DNA of 64,000 nucleotides from Octopus sinensis (taxonomy: Eukaryota): positions 163,618,001-163,682,000 of the forward strand of contig NC_042998.1 of assembly GCF_006345805.1 (NCBI RefSeq). Reading direction: 5' to 3'. A program made the position numbers and the translations under genes. The notes beneath the pieces were generated by a model that saw only the letters and a list, made by a program, of their open reading frames with translations, searched no databases and was not told where the DNA came from. Within the stretch, counting starts at the first letter, position 1, and the number at the start of each line of letters is the position of its first letter. This document shows, piece by piece, positions 24,162 to 36,971 of this stretch.

Positions 24162-24591
24162 TGAAGTATATTTGCCACCTAAATGTGGATGACCCATATG
24201 GGATGATGCTACTGTAGTTTTTATCCCCGGGAAGACATCTCCTCCAACTGGCTAACAACACACTGTCTGTGCCAGATCAGTATCTGTGAAAGGAAATCAT
24301 TCTCATCTCTAGCCTGATGTGATACACATGAACCCGGGTTTCTGAGTAGTAACCCATCATCAGCATGTGACAATCACCAGCGAGGGATGAGAAGGGATTT
24401 AGAATGCAAAATACTATATGCTTTTTCCAGTGACAAATCGTTCCTGATCTCAAGAAAGGCGAAACAATCAATAATAAATCTCTGAGTGAGATGTAAACAG
24501 TAGCAGCATGACATCATGAAGTATATTTGCCACCTAAATGTAGCTGACCCATATGGGGCAATGCTACTGTTGTTTAGAGCCCCAGGCAAAG
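24162..24591 (+). repeat. Direct repeat of about 75 bp with 355-bp period
   Basis: tgaagtatatttgccacctaaatgt...gacccatatggg...atgctactgt at 24162 and 24517. Confidence 0.85.
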
Positions 24592-26569
24592 TTTTCTGTA
24601 TATTTATACTTATATTAGTTTCTTGTTTATATTAGTCTCTCTTGTAGTTAGAACAGTTCATAACATTCCTATCTTAGCTTTGTCAGTATACAACTTTTTC
24701 CTTCAGCCAACAAGTGATCCTCTACATGGTTTTTCAATTTACTGAAAATGTTAGCTGAATTTCACTTCTAGCAGGTAAAGCTGTGTGGTTAAGATTCTCA
24801 CTTTGCAAGCACATGGTTTCAAGTTCAGTTCCACTGTGTGGCACCTTGAGTAAGTATCTTCTACTATAGTTACAGGTTGACCAATGCCTTGTGAGTGAAT
24901 TTGGTATATAGAAACAGTGGAAGCCCTTAATCCATGTGTGTGTACCCATGTGTGTTTTTGTGTCTGTATGTCATCCACCTCCACCATTTGACTAGCGTTG
25001 GCTTATTTATATCCTTGTAACTTAGCAGCTTGGCAAAAACAGACTAATAGAATGAGTACTAGACTTAAAGAACCTAAACACTGAGTTCAACTTGTTCTAC
25101 TAAAACTCTTCAAGGCTGTGCCCCAGTATGGCCACAGTTCAATGACTGAAACAAGGAAAGGGTTAATGATACCACCTTACCATCTTAATTAGAGTAAAAC
25201 ACAATGGATATTGTAGTCCTAGCATTACTGTAGCAAAAAAGGAAACCACAGCTGGAGTATTTTTCAATCATAGAAAAAAAGCACATTGGATATTTGTAAT
25301 CTTATCTTGACGATACCTGAAAAGAAAAGAAGGAATGGTCACAAATAGAATGTCTTTTGATCATAAATTTACCCATTTAGGACTGGCAGGGGCCAAAACA
25401 AGTGCATCAACAGCTGGAATTTTCTTCCTTTCTTCTTGTTCTAAGGAGAGTCTCAAGGTGTATCAGTCATTTATAATAATATTACCAAAAAGGACAAAGC
25501 AAAAGAAAAGAGAAAAAATTATCATTTCATATCACTTTCTTTCATGAGAAGTGCCATGTGTATGAGAGAAAATAGAAACAGTCCTTGACATCATCAAATA
25601 CTGTTAAAAGAGGATGGTAAAGGAACTGAGAAGCTCAAAGAAAATGGAGAAAAGAGACCAGGTGTTATTAGTTGATAAATTTTCTTACTTTTCTGACGAT
25701 GATTTGTGTTGAAGTACCCATGAAACCTCTCAGATTTTTCTATTTGTGTGTTTGTTTGTTTGTTTTGGGTTTTTTTTTCTTTTTCTTTTTTTGTATGCTG
25801 ATGGGGAATAAACTTGTATTTTTCTGTTGTTGTTTTTTTGTTTTTTTGTTTCTCCTTACCTACCCTTTTATTTCTTTCTCATTTGAGGATAGGATATAGT
25901 TTTGAAATATCTGTCTGATGTGCTTCGGTAAGCTGAGCTGAGTGGGATTTTCAGAGTATATCGAAATGAGAATGTGGCGTCTAAAATAAGACAACTTTAG
26001 CTTTGTTGGTGACTAATGACAAGAAATCTGAGATCCTCTATAAAGATTGAGTGCTTCCAGATGTTGTCGTTGTGTGTCTGTATGTCTGTCAGCCTGGTTG
26101 CCCTTGGTTGGTTGTCTCTGTCTGTCTGCCTGTATGTCTTCACACATATCTTTTATTAACCCAAAATTCAGTAATTTTTTTTCCCTCTTTCCTGTAGGTT
26201 TTTTGCACTATTTTTTTTTTATTCATCTTTATCGTTTTTCTTTTTTCTCCATATGTGCTACCAACACTGCCAGATTATATAATCAGTTACACAAGTTTTC
26301 TAAAGTTAACTGAAGAGTGTATATGGTGATAGATTTGAAAATGAGCCATAGGTCGGAATGTTCTTTTTACAAATTTCATTATTTAGTGGAAGAGGAGAAA
26401 GAGGAAGAAAGGAAGGAGGTGGCAGCCGGTTTGATGTGGTGGTGATGAGATAGAATGGCCTGACTGGAATAAGCCTGTTGTGATTATATTCTTTAGTAAG
26501 TGAAGAATACTGTCTCTCTTTCCATTATGCAACATCTAGTTCTTAATTACTGCTGCATCTTTGGTGTAA

Positions 26570-26790
26570 CCCTTTAGCTTTTAGATTCTTCCATCAAACT
26601 GTAATGCCTATCTATTCAAATTGTTTTGAATAAATCATGCATTATCTCACAGCTTAGAGATTTAAATGATGTGGTTGTTTCTCTTTAGAATGACATCGTA
26701 GGGTTGGTGCGAGAGGCTAGATCTGGCCAGTTTGAACATGAAACAGGTAGAATATTTGGGCTGGATGTGACTGATTTAAATGTTAAAGGG
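26570..26790 (-). mobile_element. piggyBac-type MITE family 1
   Basis: ccctttagc...aaaggg-TTAA termini; internal sequence is the reverse complement of the other copies. Confidence 0.8.
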
Positions 26791-27579
26791 TTAAAGTGTT
26801 TTTTTAGCAATGATTCTCAACTTTGACTTGGCCGAGAGATAATTTATGGAAACCTATGAAATAGTTTCATTTAAAATCTGGAAAAAATTAATTCTTGATT
26901 CTTGACTGTAAAATTGAATTCAAAAGCGGAAATTTATAAATCTGATTAATTAGAGCAGAAAAATTCTTCTTGGATCTCACTAGCAGACTGGTGAAGTTTG
27001 TAGTTTGCTTGTGAACAGATAAAATTTTACATTCAAGGAATGGTGTTTGGGTACTATATGTCATTACTTTGATGTTCTATAAACCCCAAAAATGGTTAAG
27101 GCCCATTTCTTTTAAGTAAAATATAATTTTGATAAATGATTCAAGTAGCACAATTTTGTAATTGAATTTAAATTTTAGTTTTCTTAGATTTTTTGTTTTT
27201 AATTAATGAGTAAAGCAGATATGTATTTTAAATTTTTTCAAAGAGTTACATCAAGCAAACAAAGAAGCCTCTCTGTGGTTCTTTGAACTGCTTGAAATAG
27301 CAGCCAAATTTTCACAAATCACATCCCTCTGTCATAAAAGATGCATCTCAGATATTGTAACCTTAGTTACACAGCATCTGAAGAAAAGAAGGGTTGATCA
27401 TAGCTGGATTGTTTTTCTTCAAAAGTCTACTTGACCAATGCTGACCAGGAGATAAGCAACAATTGCAATAATATGCTGTAGCTATTTACAACAAGTAGCT
27501 ATTTACAAACAAGTATGAACAGAGATTAAAATTTGATGTTCAAATGTTTGCTTTTGAATGCACAAATGTCCTGTTTCAA

Positions 27580-27799
27580 CCCTTTAGCATTTAAACCAGC
27601 CACACCAGGCCAGAATATTCTACATATTTAATGTTGAAACCAGCTAGAGCTGACCTCTCACACCTACTTTTCTATGTCATTGCGAAAATAAACAGTCACG
27701 TCATCAAAATCTTGAAGCTACAAGGCAATTCATGCTTAATTCAAAATAATGTGGATAAATAAACTTGGCATTTGACAGAATAATCCAAATGTTAAAGGG
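27580..27799 (+). mobile_element. piggyBac-type MITE family 1
   Basis: ccctttagcatt...aatgttaaaggg TIRs with degenerate TTAA flanks. Confidence 0.8.
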
Positions 27800-28306
27800 T
27801 AAATGAATAATTTCAAACTTTAAAACTAAAATAAGATTCTTCCCAAGAACTGATATTAAAGTTTAGGAAACAACCAGCTAATTAGGGAGCTTCTGTGCAG
27901 TTGCTCAGTCTGCTAAAAAACAAAAGATGGGGCAGATCTTCTTCAAAATATATTCCTTACTGTCTTATATATAAAGAACAATATTTCAGACTTTGACATA
28001 CATAAAGGTGGAGTGGTCACAGCTGGAATGCCTTTGATCATAAATCTACTCAATCAAGTAAGGTCTGAGATTGAACAGCAAATTTTAGTTGTAGTAATTC
28101 CAAAAAATTCACATTACTTTGGTTCCAGTTATCTTAAAAATTATTTTATTAAAATTATTATTTTTATTTTTGACATAGGTGTAGTGCCAGACAAAATGTT
28201 GTGTATTAAGAAGTTTTTTTTTTCTCAGTCCCACCGCATGACACTTTCAGTAAGTGTCTTCTACTAAAGTCCTGGACTGTCCAAAGCCTTGTGAGTGGAT
28301 ATATGA

Positions 28307-28354
<48 letters not shown>

Positions 28355-30792
28355 CAAAGGTGAGTCAAAAGTAATGCAAATAAAAACTGCATTACTTTCT
28401 AACTCACCCTTGTGTGTGTGTGTGTGTGTGTGTGCATATACACACCACACCATCATCATCATTGTTTAACATTTGTTTTCCATGCTGTCATGGGTTGGAT
28501 GGCTTGACAGAAACTGGTAAGGCAAGAGGCAGCATCAGGTTCCATAGTCTGTTTTGGCTTGGTTTTTATAGCTGGACATCATTCCTAATGCTACGTTTGT
28601 GTGTGTGTGTTATTGTCGCCTTGCTTTCATATGATAGATGTAAATGAGGGCCACTATTTTACCGGCTGTGTCCTTCATTTCCAGTTTTTCCTGAAGACAT
28701 GAGAGAATATGCTAATTGAAAACAGGTGAGGCTTGGTGATGTGATGGGCATCCAGCTGTAAAGAATCCATCTCAACAAACTGCATTCAGAAATGTGGATG
28801 TTAAAACGATGGTCAATGATGAATCAGGACATAGCTAGTGCTATGATGACAAGTGTACCAATCAATCCATTCAACAGAACTGCTTACTCGTGAAATTAAT
28901 GTGCAAGTGGTTGAGCGCTCCACAGGCATGTGTACCCTTAATGCACATTAATATACATACATACATACATGTGTGTGAGACAGGCTTCCACACAGTTTCC
29001 CTCCACCAAATGCTCTCACAAGGCCTTAGTTGGCCTGAAGCTATAGCAAGAAGACACTTGCTAAATGGGCCACACTGTGGGATTGAACCTGAAACCACTT
29101 GGTTGCAAAACAAGCTTCTTAACTACATGATCATGGTACAATTTTATCATTTTTTTAAAAATTTTAAATGATAGGATATGGTTTAAGGGAAATGTAGCTA
29201 GTATTTCTAACAGGCCAAAAGACCACATAGAGGCTTTTTGATAATACTGTGCAGAACAGACATTTTATCACTTTGTTGTTGTGTTACTATGCATAATGAG
29301 CATTCTTGGTAACTTATAGGAAGACAATGGATTAGTAAGTTAGTTAATCATTTAGTTGGTTATGGCTCATCATTTGAGTGCTGTGAGATCATTACAATCG
29401 AGATACCTACAAGTTCTGTCCTGACTATCGGTAACTCTTCATGTACCACTAATAACTGCAGGATACCGATCATAATAAAGAAACAAGATATAATCTGTGT
29501 ATGTATGTGAATGCACGTGTGTGCACCTATGTGTATATGTAACTGAATTCTGATGACAAACATCCGAAAGAAAGAACACAGAGAAAATGAGAGAGAGAGA
29601 GAAAGGTGGTGGGGAGAAAGAAAGAACTGTGAAGAGAGGAGTAAGAGTTGGCTATGCAGAAAGTCCACACAGCACAATGCGCTACTGAGAGCTTCCTGCT
29701 TCATTGATTGGTGTGGGCGGTTGAAAGAAAGAAAGAAAGAACAGAGTGGAATAAGAGCAAGAGAGAGAGAGGAGAGAAGAATGTGTGGGGGAGGGGTTGT
29801 GAAACTACTTTTGGTGGTGGACATGACCAATAAAGGTATTGATGGATGAATCATCCAGCACTGTTGCCCCTGACACTACTACAAATAATAGACCAATGTA
29901 TCATGTTGGCCAAATGAATATTTGGAACATTCTAAGCTCTGCTCATATCACAATGTCCTGATAAAGCAAGGAATAACTGCGTAATAATAATACTAATAAT
30001 ATAATAATAACAATAATAATAATAATATTAATAATGATAATTTCTTTATAATGATGATGATCTTTTTCTAATAATAATAGTACCGGGTGGTGGGGTGTTT
30101 GTTGGTTGAGGAGCTATGTGAATTTTGTTTTGTTATTGTTCTTTTATTTTTGTGTGTGTGTGTCTTAATTGTTTTTCCATTGCTTCTCACTTTCATTCTC
30201 TTTTTGTCCACACACCCCCACTGCCACTTCCTCCCTGCTTTGACAGTATTATTCCCATTCAGTTTTGACTTGCATTTCTACATTTCCATTCTCCCACCCT
30301 TGTCTCTCTCTCTCTCTCACACACACACAGTTTTTCTCTGTCTCATATGCACACCTAATCTTTTTCCTGCTTTTACATTTACACACACATACACACCTCA
30401 GTTTCTCTGTATTTCCTTCCTTCTCTTTCCTGTTCTAATCCTATGTTTATTTTGCCCTTAAAAAGGGGCTTATCAGAGATTGTCTATGAAATTAATCACC
30501 TCAACTACTAGCTGGTGGAGGGTGGTGGGGGTAAGCCGAGCAGGTGAGAGGGAAGAGAGCATATCTAAAATTATTTTGCTAATAGAAATTTAGCTTTCCT
30601 TCCATGCCATTTCTGACTTTTGGCACTGCCATTGAGTCAGTCCTTACCTATTCACCTCTGTAACACACAAAGCTCTCAGACATATTTGGATAGAAAGTCC
30701 CAGAAACACCATTTGGGGGATATTGTAGAGGAATTGTTGCAGGGAACTATCTGGAGAAATAAAGCTAATAGAAGCTGGGACTACAACGTTAA

Positions 30793-31010
30793 CCCTTTTG
30801 AGACACATGGTGTTTCGGTATGTGTAATCAAAAAGACCAAAATTCTTTTTCTATTGAGACACATCAAATCAAAGATGATCTCTGATTAGCTATTACACTT
30901 CAAATCTGACCATTCACAATATTTGTTCCATCAGTCTGATAGATCAGCCTCAAAGTCCTTTCAGCTTGTATCACTTGGGCCCCTCAATCAGTCTGGGTGT
31001 CCGAAGAGGG
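30793..31010. mobile_element. piggyBac-type MITE family 3
   Basis: TTAA-cccttttgagacac...gtgtccgaagaggg-TTAA. A paralogous empty site lies near 32295. Confidence 0.8.
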
Positions 31011-31424
31011 TTAAACATTTTCTATGAAACTTTGTTGGTAATTCTTTGATCTTTTAACCTAATCTTCAGTATCTTTTACTTGTTTCAGTCATTAGACTGT
31101 AGCCATGCTAGGGCACCGCCTTGAAGAAACTTTTAGTCAAATGAATTGATACTTCTACTTATTATTATTATTATTGTTCTTTGTATTTTTTTTCTATTTT
31201 TTTTTGTAAGCTTATTCTGTTGGTCTCTTTTGCTGAACTACTGGACATAAACACAACACCATTAGTTGTTAAGCAGTGGAGGGGCAGAATCCTAAGGCAC
31301 AAACACACACACCTATATATATATATATATAAAAGAAATAATTAAGATTCAGTTGAATTAGGTACTTAAGTTGAAGCACCAAGTCAGTCCTGTATTATCT
31401 GTGCAGTTTGAAGTAAGGTGAATA

Positions 31425-31850
31425 AAATCAAAATAAGCAACAGGATACCAAGTAGTAATGCAGGATGACTGTTTCAAGCAGCTCTATTTAATTGAACAAT
31501 GCAATCATCATCATCGTTTAACGTCCGTTTTCCATTCTAGCATGGGTTGGACTACTAGCATGGGTTGGACTGCTAGCATAAATACAGTGCTTTTTTCTGC
31601 TGTACAAAAAATATATGGAACTTCAACAGGTAGGATACATTAGTATAAGCTACAATAGCAACAACATGAATTTCTTCCCTCTTCTTGCTCTGTTAAAATA
31701 TTTAAGAAAAATTATATGAATGTTGAAGTTCCGTATATATTTTGTGCAAACTGTATTTAAATTGATGTAATGATTACATTGTTCAATTAAATAAAGTCAC
31801 TTGAAAATTGTTATGCTGCATTACTACTTGATATCCTGTTGCTTATTTTG
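31425..31850. repeat. Interrupted inverted repeat
   Basis: caaaataagcaacaggataccaagtagtaatgcag versus ctgcattactacttgatatcctgttgcttattttg; and tacaaaaaatatatggaacttcaaca versus tgttgaagttccgtatatattttgtgca. Confidence 0.8.
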
Positions 31851-32468
31851 ATATATACATTATTGATGTGTTTTGTTTCTCTTTTTTTCCCTGATGAGAT
31901 GATTGCATTCTTTTACATCATTTTTATTCTCTCCAGAATAATATCAATGCCTTTTTTGAAACATATGTTAGAAGTATGAATGATTTGATTCCCTTTCTTA
32001 ATTTATACACACACACACACATATGACAAACTTTCAATTTCCATCTACCAAATCCACTCACAAGCCTTTGGTTGGCCTAAGACTATAATTGAAGACTCTT
32101 GCCCAAGGTACCATGCAGTGGGACAACCCAGAACCATTGAACCAGTTCTTGCCTATTCACTTCTGTAACACACAGTGTTCTCAGCCATATTTGGATATAA
32201 AGTATCTGGAACATCATTTTGGTGTTATTGCAGAGGACTGATACTGCAGGGGACTATCTGGAGAAATGAAACTAAAAGAAGCTCCGACTACTTTAAACTC
32301 TTTCTATAAAATTTTGATGGCATTAATTATTCTATTGATGGTACTTATTCTATCGGTCTCTTTTGCCGAACTACTAAGTTACGGGGACATAAACACACCA
32401 GCATCGGTTGTTAAGTGATGTTGGGGGGACACAGACACACAAATATATATACACTCATACATATATAT

Positions 32469-32534
<66 letters not shown>

Positions 32535-32656
32535 TAATACTAAGCAATAAAGGGTTTAGCAACGAATTGCCTTACCACATACTTGGTGTAATTGATAATT
32601 ATTCCAAATTAATTAATTTCACCCTTCATTATTACGGATAACTATATATATATATA

Positions 32657-33895
32657 CTAGCAGAGATACCTGGCATTGCCCATGTCACATGGAATTGAAG
32701 AATTAGACTTTTCTCTTATATTTTCTGTAATGAACTGGAATGCCTATGACTTGAATTTCATCAAAATTGGAGATTAAGAATTTTAATGAGAGTTCTTTCC
32801 TTCTTTACACACCCTAACAAAAATTCTAACCATAACATATTTATCCCATACTACTCATCTTCATGCCCAGATTCCAAAATCCAAATCTTATAAAACCTAT
32901 TTAAAGGTTTTTGCTCCTGAAAAATGGAGCTCATGGAGCTGTAAAATACCTTTTACACTGTTGTACCATTGCATTACAAATAACTCCTGTCTTGTATCCT
33001 CGAGTGACTCTACAGCTTCCAAGACTACAATTGTATTTGTCTTGGCTTAGGAAAAATGAATAAATTGTAGTGGTTAAGCGTCCATTAAGGGGTCTTACTA
33101 ACTCCCAAGAAATTGAAATTTTAGGAATATTACTTCATTTGTGTCTGATATCTATGATTAAAATTTCATCAACAGCAAAAATATATGAATTTTCATGGGG
33201 GTTATGGCCTCATTTATGCCTTCTCACTTTCAAACATATACTGCATTACATCTGTCCTTATGCATAGAATATAATTTCAGTACTTTTGACTTTGTTTTGG
33301 ATCATAAAAAAATGATTAAACTTTGTGAGTTAAGGCTCCTATTAGGGGGTCTTAGAATCCTCATGAGAAGTGGAAACTTTGGGAATACTTCTTGATTTGT
33401 ATCAATTACATATAGTTGAAATTTCATCATCAGAAATTTATGAATTTTCATGGTGGGGTTCTGCTCCCTTTAAGCCCCATCAAATTCAAGCCAAATATAC
33501 TGCAGTATACCCACCCTTATACATTGAATCTAATTTCCAAATGTCATAAGGATCCATTCAGTAATTTTGGTCTATGAAAAATTACTATAATTTGGGGGTT
33601 AAGCCTGCATTAGGGTATCTTAGAATCATCCAAAGAAATGGAAATTTTGGGTATATTTTTTAATTTATTTCTCATACCTATGGTTTAAATTTCATCAAAA
33701 TCCAAAGCATATGAATTTTCATGGGGTGTTCTGCCCAACTTTATGCCCCTTCAAAATTATATGAAACATATGGCATTACCCTTCTCCCTAAGCTTGCATT
33801 TTGTGTTCCAACTTTCATTAAGATTGGTCCAATAGTTTTTGAGTCTATAAGTAACACATGAACACACATAAAGACATTGACTTTTATATAATAGA
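32657..33895 (-). mobile_element. Non-autonomous Helitron with internal tandem repeats of about 260 bp
   Basis: On the minus strand: A|TCTATTATATAAAAGTC...CTAG|T, with a degenerate subterminal hairpin. Repeat marker aatttcatca recurs at about 33161, 33420 and 33687. Confidence 0.8.
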
Positions 33896-34049
33896 TATAT
33901 ATATATATGCACATATACATACATGTATATATGTGTGTGTGGGTGTGGGTGTATATTATATATATATATATACATATATATATTGAAAGAACTTTGACTC
34001 TATTCCTTTGAACGAAGGTGGGAGAGGTATGCAGTGATATATATATATA

Positions 34050-34470
34050 TGGAAGATACTTGAAGGATTGGTACCAAACTTTGGAATAAAGAGCTATACT
34101 AGACCACGAACAGGACATCACTGTGCTGTCCCCACTGTGCCGACTACTTCATCTCGGGCAAGGATGATGTACTGCAATAGCTTGGGTTTCAGGGACCCAC
34201 AGCTGTTTAATTGTCTGCTGAAGCATCTGAGGAGCCTTCATGGAGTGGATGTAGACGTTTTCAAACGTGAACTTGACCTCTGGCTCACCAAGATCCCAAA
34301 TGAGCCAATATCTAGGCAAGAAACTCAAAAGAGGGCAATAACATCGAACTCCATCTTTCACCAAAAGCCTCTCCGACAAATGTGGAAAGTGGAAAGATGA
34401 TCACAATGGCGGTGCTCCAGCATGACCACAGTCATTCAACTGAAACATATAAGAGAATAAAAGAATACAC
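34050..34470 (+). mobile_element. 5'-truncated LINE (CR1/L2-like, clade unresolved): ORF2 C-terminus and 3' tail
   Basis: ORF 34068-34400 contains ...CNSLGFRDPQLFNCLLKHLRSLHGVDVDVFKRELDLWLTKIPNEP...SNSIFHQ, followed by ggcggtgctccagcatgaccacagtc...ctgaaac and a short repeat tail. Confidence 0.85.
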
Positions 34471-34662
34471 AGAAAGATAGAGTGATAGATACAATTGGGT
34501 GAGCAAACAAAAATATGAGACACTGCCTTGAAGAATTTTTTGTCGAATGAATTGACCCCAGTGCTTTTTTTGTATATGTATATGTGTGTGTGTATATATA
34601 TGTGTGTGTATATATATAGATGTATATGTATATATATGTGTATATATATATATATATGTGTG

Positions 34663-34693
<31 letters not shown>

Positions 34694-34813
34694 GTATATA
34701 GATATATATGTACACACACACACACATATATATATATGTATATATACATATATGTATATAGATATATATGTACACACACACACACACATATATATATATG
34801 TACACACACACAT

Positions 34814-34844
<31 letters not shown>

Positions 34845-34878
34845 ACATATATATCTATATACATATATATTTATATAT

Positions 34879-35072
34879 ACACAAAACTGTTATATACACT
34901 TCAACATTTAAATATAATTTGCCAAAATATTTTTGTCACTTTCAACCGTGTCCTGTTTACTGAGAATATTCCGTGCTGAATTTTGTCAGTGAACAGGTCG
35001 CAGTCTCAAAGTGACGGAAATATTTTGGCAAATTAAATTTAAATGTTGAAGTGAATCTAACGGTTTTTGTGT
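34879..35072. mobile_element. Fold-back MITE with about 63-bp TIRs
   Basis: cacaaaactgttatatacacttcaacatttaaat...gtcacttt pairs with aaagtgac...atttaaatgttgaagtgaatctaacggtttttgtg. Confidence 0.75.
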
Positions 35073-35915
35073 GTTTCTTTAATGGCTTATAAACACCTTC
35101 CATGCTGCAATTGTTTTTGTTTCAGCACACGATCTCAGATCAGGTCACTTGCTATGCAAGTACAACTCTGTAATTTTAATAATCTTTTCTAATATAATTC
35201 CTTATAATATTTAATCATGAAAATAACTTTTTTAAAGCATTGAATGGTTATGAGGGTTCACCTGATTATTGTAGGAAACAAATGGGCCAATAGGCAAAAA
35301 AGCAGCTGAGAAACACTGAAATACATGAAAAACCAATGTCATTCCAAAAAGCAGAGAAGAGATGAGTTATGCTTTTTCCAACAGCAAAAGTATTTGTATC
35401 ACTGCATGATAAACAAACAAATGGAAAAAAAATTCCTTATTATGGTAAATCATTATTATCATCATCATTGTCTTAACATCCTTTTCCGTACTCACATGGG
35501 TCAGACAGAATTTGTTGATGATGATTTTCCATGGCTGTATGCCCTTCCTGTCACCAACTCTCATCTGTTTCCAAGTAGGGTAATATTTCCTTATGGCCAG
35601 ACATATTTCCTTGAGAAACCGGCAATGAAGGACATCACTTACATGATGGTGACCCTCACAACTATAACACAATGTCAAAACAAGGAGATGGTTATGCTCA
35701 CACACACATACACACACACATGTGCAGCCACACCCATACATATACATAGATATACACATTCACACATGACATACTTCCTTTAGTTTTCAGCTACCAAATC
35801 CATTCACAAGGCTTTGGTTAACCTGGGTTTATAGTAGAAGACACAAAGCACACTGCTTACCACACAGCCACACTTACACCTATACACTTAATTTATTAGA
35901 TCAGAAGTTCTTAAA

Positions 35916-36139
35916 ACCTTTAGCATTTAAACAGGCCATATCTGGCCCAAATATTTTACCAGCTTTATGTTCAGACTAGCCAGATCTGACCTCTCGCACC
36001 TACCCAACAATGTCATTGTAAAGCTTAACAATCACATCATCAAACTTTTAAAGCTGTAAGATAATGTTTGACAAATTCAAAACCTTGTGAATAAATAACC
36101 ATTACATTCAACAGAATAATCTGAATGAATGCTAAAGGG
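35916..36139 (+). mobile_element. piggyBac-type MITE family 1
   Basis: cctttagcatt...aatgctaaaggg-TTAA. Confidence 0.8.
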
Positions 36140-36690
36140 TTAAAATCTATTGACAACCATAGAAATTCATGGGGAACTTTTATATAAGAAATATTTCTCA
36201 GACAATAAAAGTCAGGCCTAAATTTATTGTATACTTGACTGTGTAGAATTGTCATACCTCTTTGACATTTGCAACTATTACTGACATTCAGCTGTAATAA
36301 TAGTGATTGCTAACATGGGTATAAGACTGCACATTTCTGTGTCGAGAATAGGTTTAGTCAATTCAATCAACTCTAGTATTTAACTGGTACTTATTTTATC
36401 AACCCCAGGATGGATGAAAGGCAAAGTTGATGATTTTGAACTTGGAAGGTAAAGAATTGAAAATACTAAAAGATGGTTTAACTGTTAGGAACAGATGTGG
36501 TTGAAGAAGTTTGCTTTCCACCTACATGGTTCTGAATTCAGTCCCATTGTGTGTGACACCTTGTTCAGGTGTCTCCTGCCATATCCTTGAGCTGACCAAA
36601 GCCTTCTTAGTGGATTTGGTTGATGGAAACTGAAAGATGTCCGTCATATGTATATTTTTTTATTCTCTCTCTGTTTATTTCCTCATGTTC

Positions 36691-36726
36691 CTTTCTATTG
36701 AAGAGCATAGGCTCGAAACTTAAAAG
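36691..36726 (+). ncRNA. Minimal hammerhead ribozyme motif (mutated core)
   Basis: cttt-CTATTGA-A-GAGC-ATAG-GCTC-GAAAC-TTA-aaag. Stems I and II pair perfectly; core deviates from CTGATGA. Confidence 0.5.
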
Positions 36727-36751
36727 ACTTTCTCACCTTCCCAAGCATTAA

Positions 36752-36971
36752 CCCTTTCATTACCAACCCGGCTGAAACCGGCTCTGGCTCTGAGTACAAA
36801 TGTCTTGTTTCCATAAGTTTTGAATTAAAATCTTCCACCAAACCTTAGTCACAATTTATGTTCCTAACACTAGCTGAATGATAACTAAGTTATTTTACTA
36901 AATTCTTTGTTATATTTGAAGTAATTGAAAGAAACACAGAGTATTTAAAAAAAAATACAGTAACGAAAGGG
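36752..36971. mobile_element. piggyBac-type MITE family 2
   Basis: TTAA-ccctttc...gaaaggg-TTAA, 220 bp. Confidence 0.85.

Larger units (their letters stand above)
30643..32325 (+). repeat. Dispersed direct repeat of about 170 bp (30643-31045 containing a MITE; 32146-32325 without)
   Basis: cctattcac.tctgtaacacaca...ggactatctggagaaat...gactac..TTAA.ac..ttctat shared by both copies. Confidence 0.8.

Noticed and set aside
25373-25440. Minus-strand exon-like segment QEERKKIPAVDALVLAPASPKW with AG/GT ends
   Set aside because: It overlaps the tail of a dispersed repeat (gaatgcctttgatcata... family), and no compatible neighbouring minus-strand exons were found.
29360-29854. 164-aa minus-strand ORF and 98-aa plus-strand ORF
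   Set aside because: Dominated by (GA)n/(CT)n and CA repeats. A weak hammerhead-like hairpin at about 29395-29445 also lacks the core.
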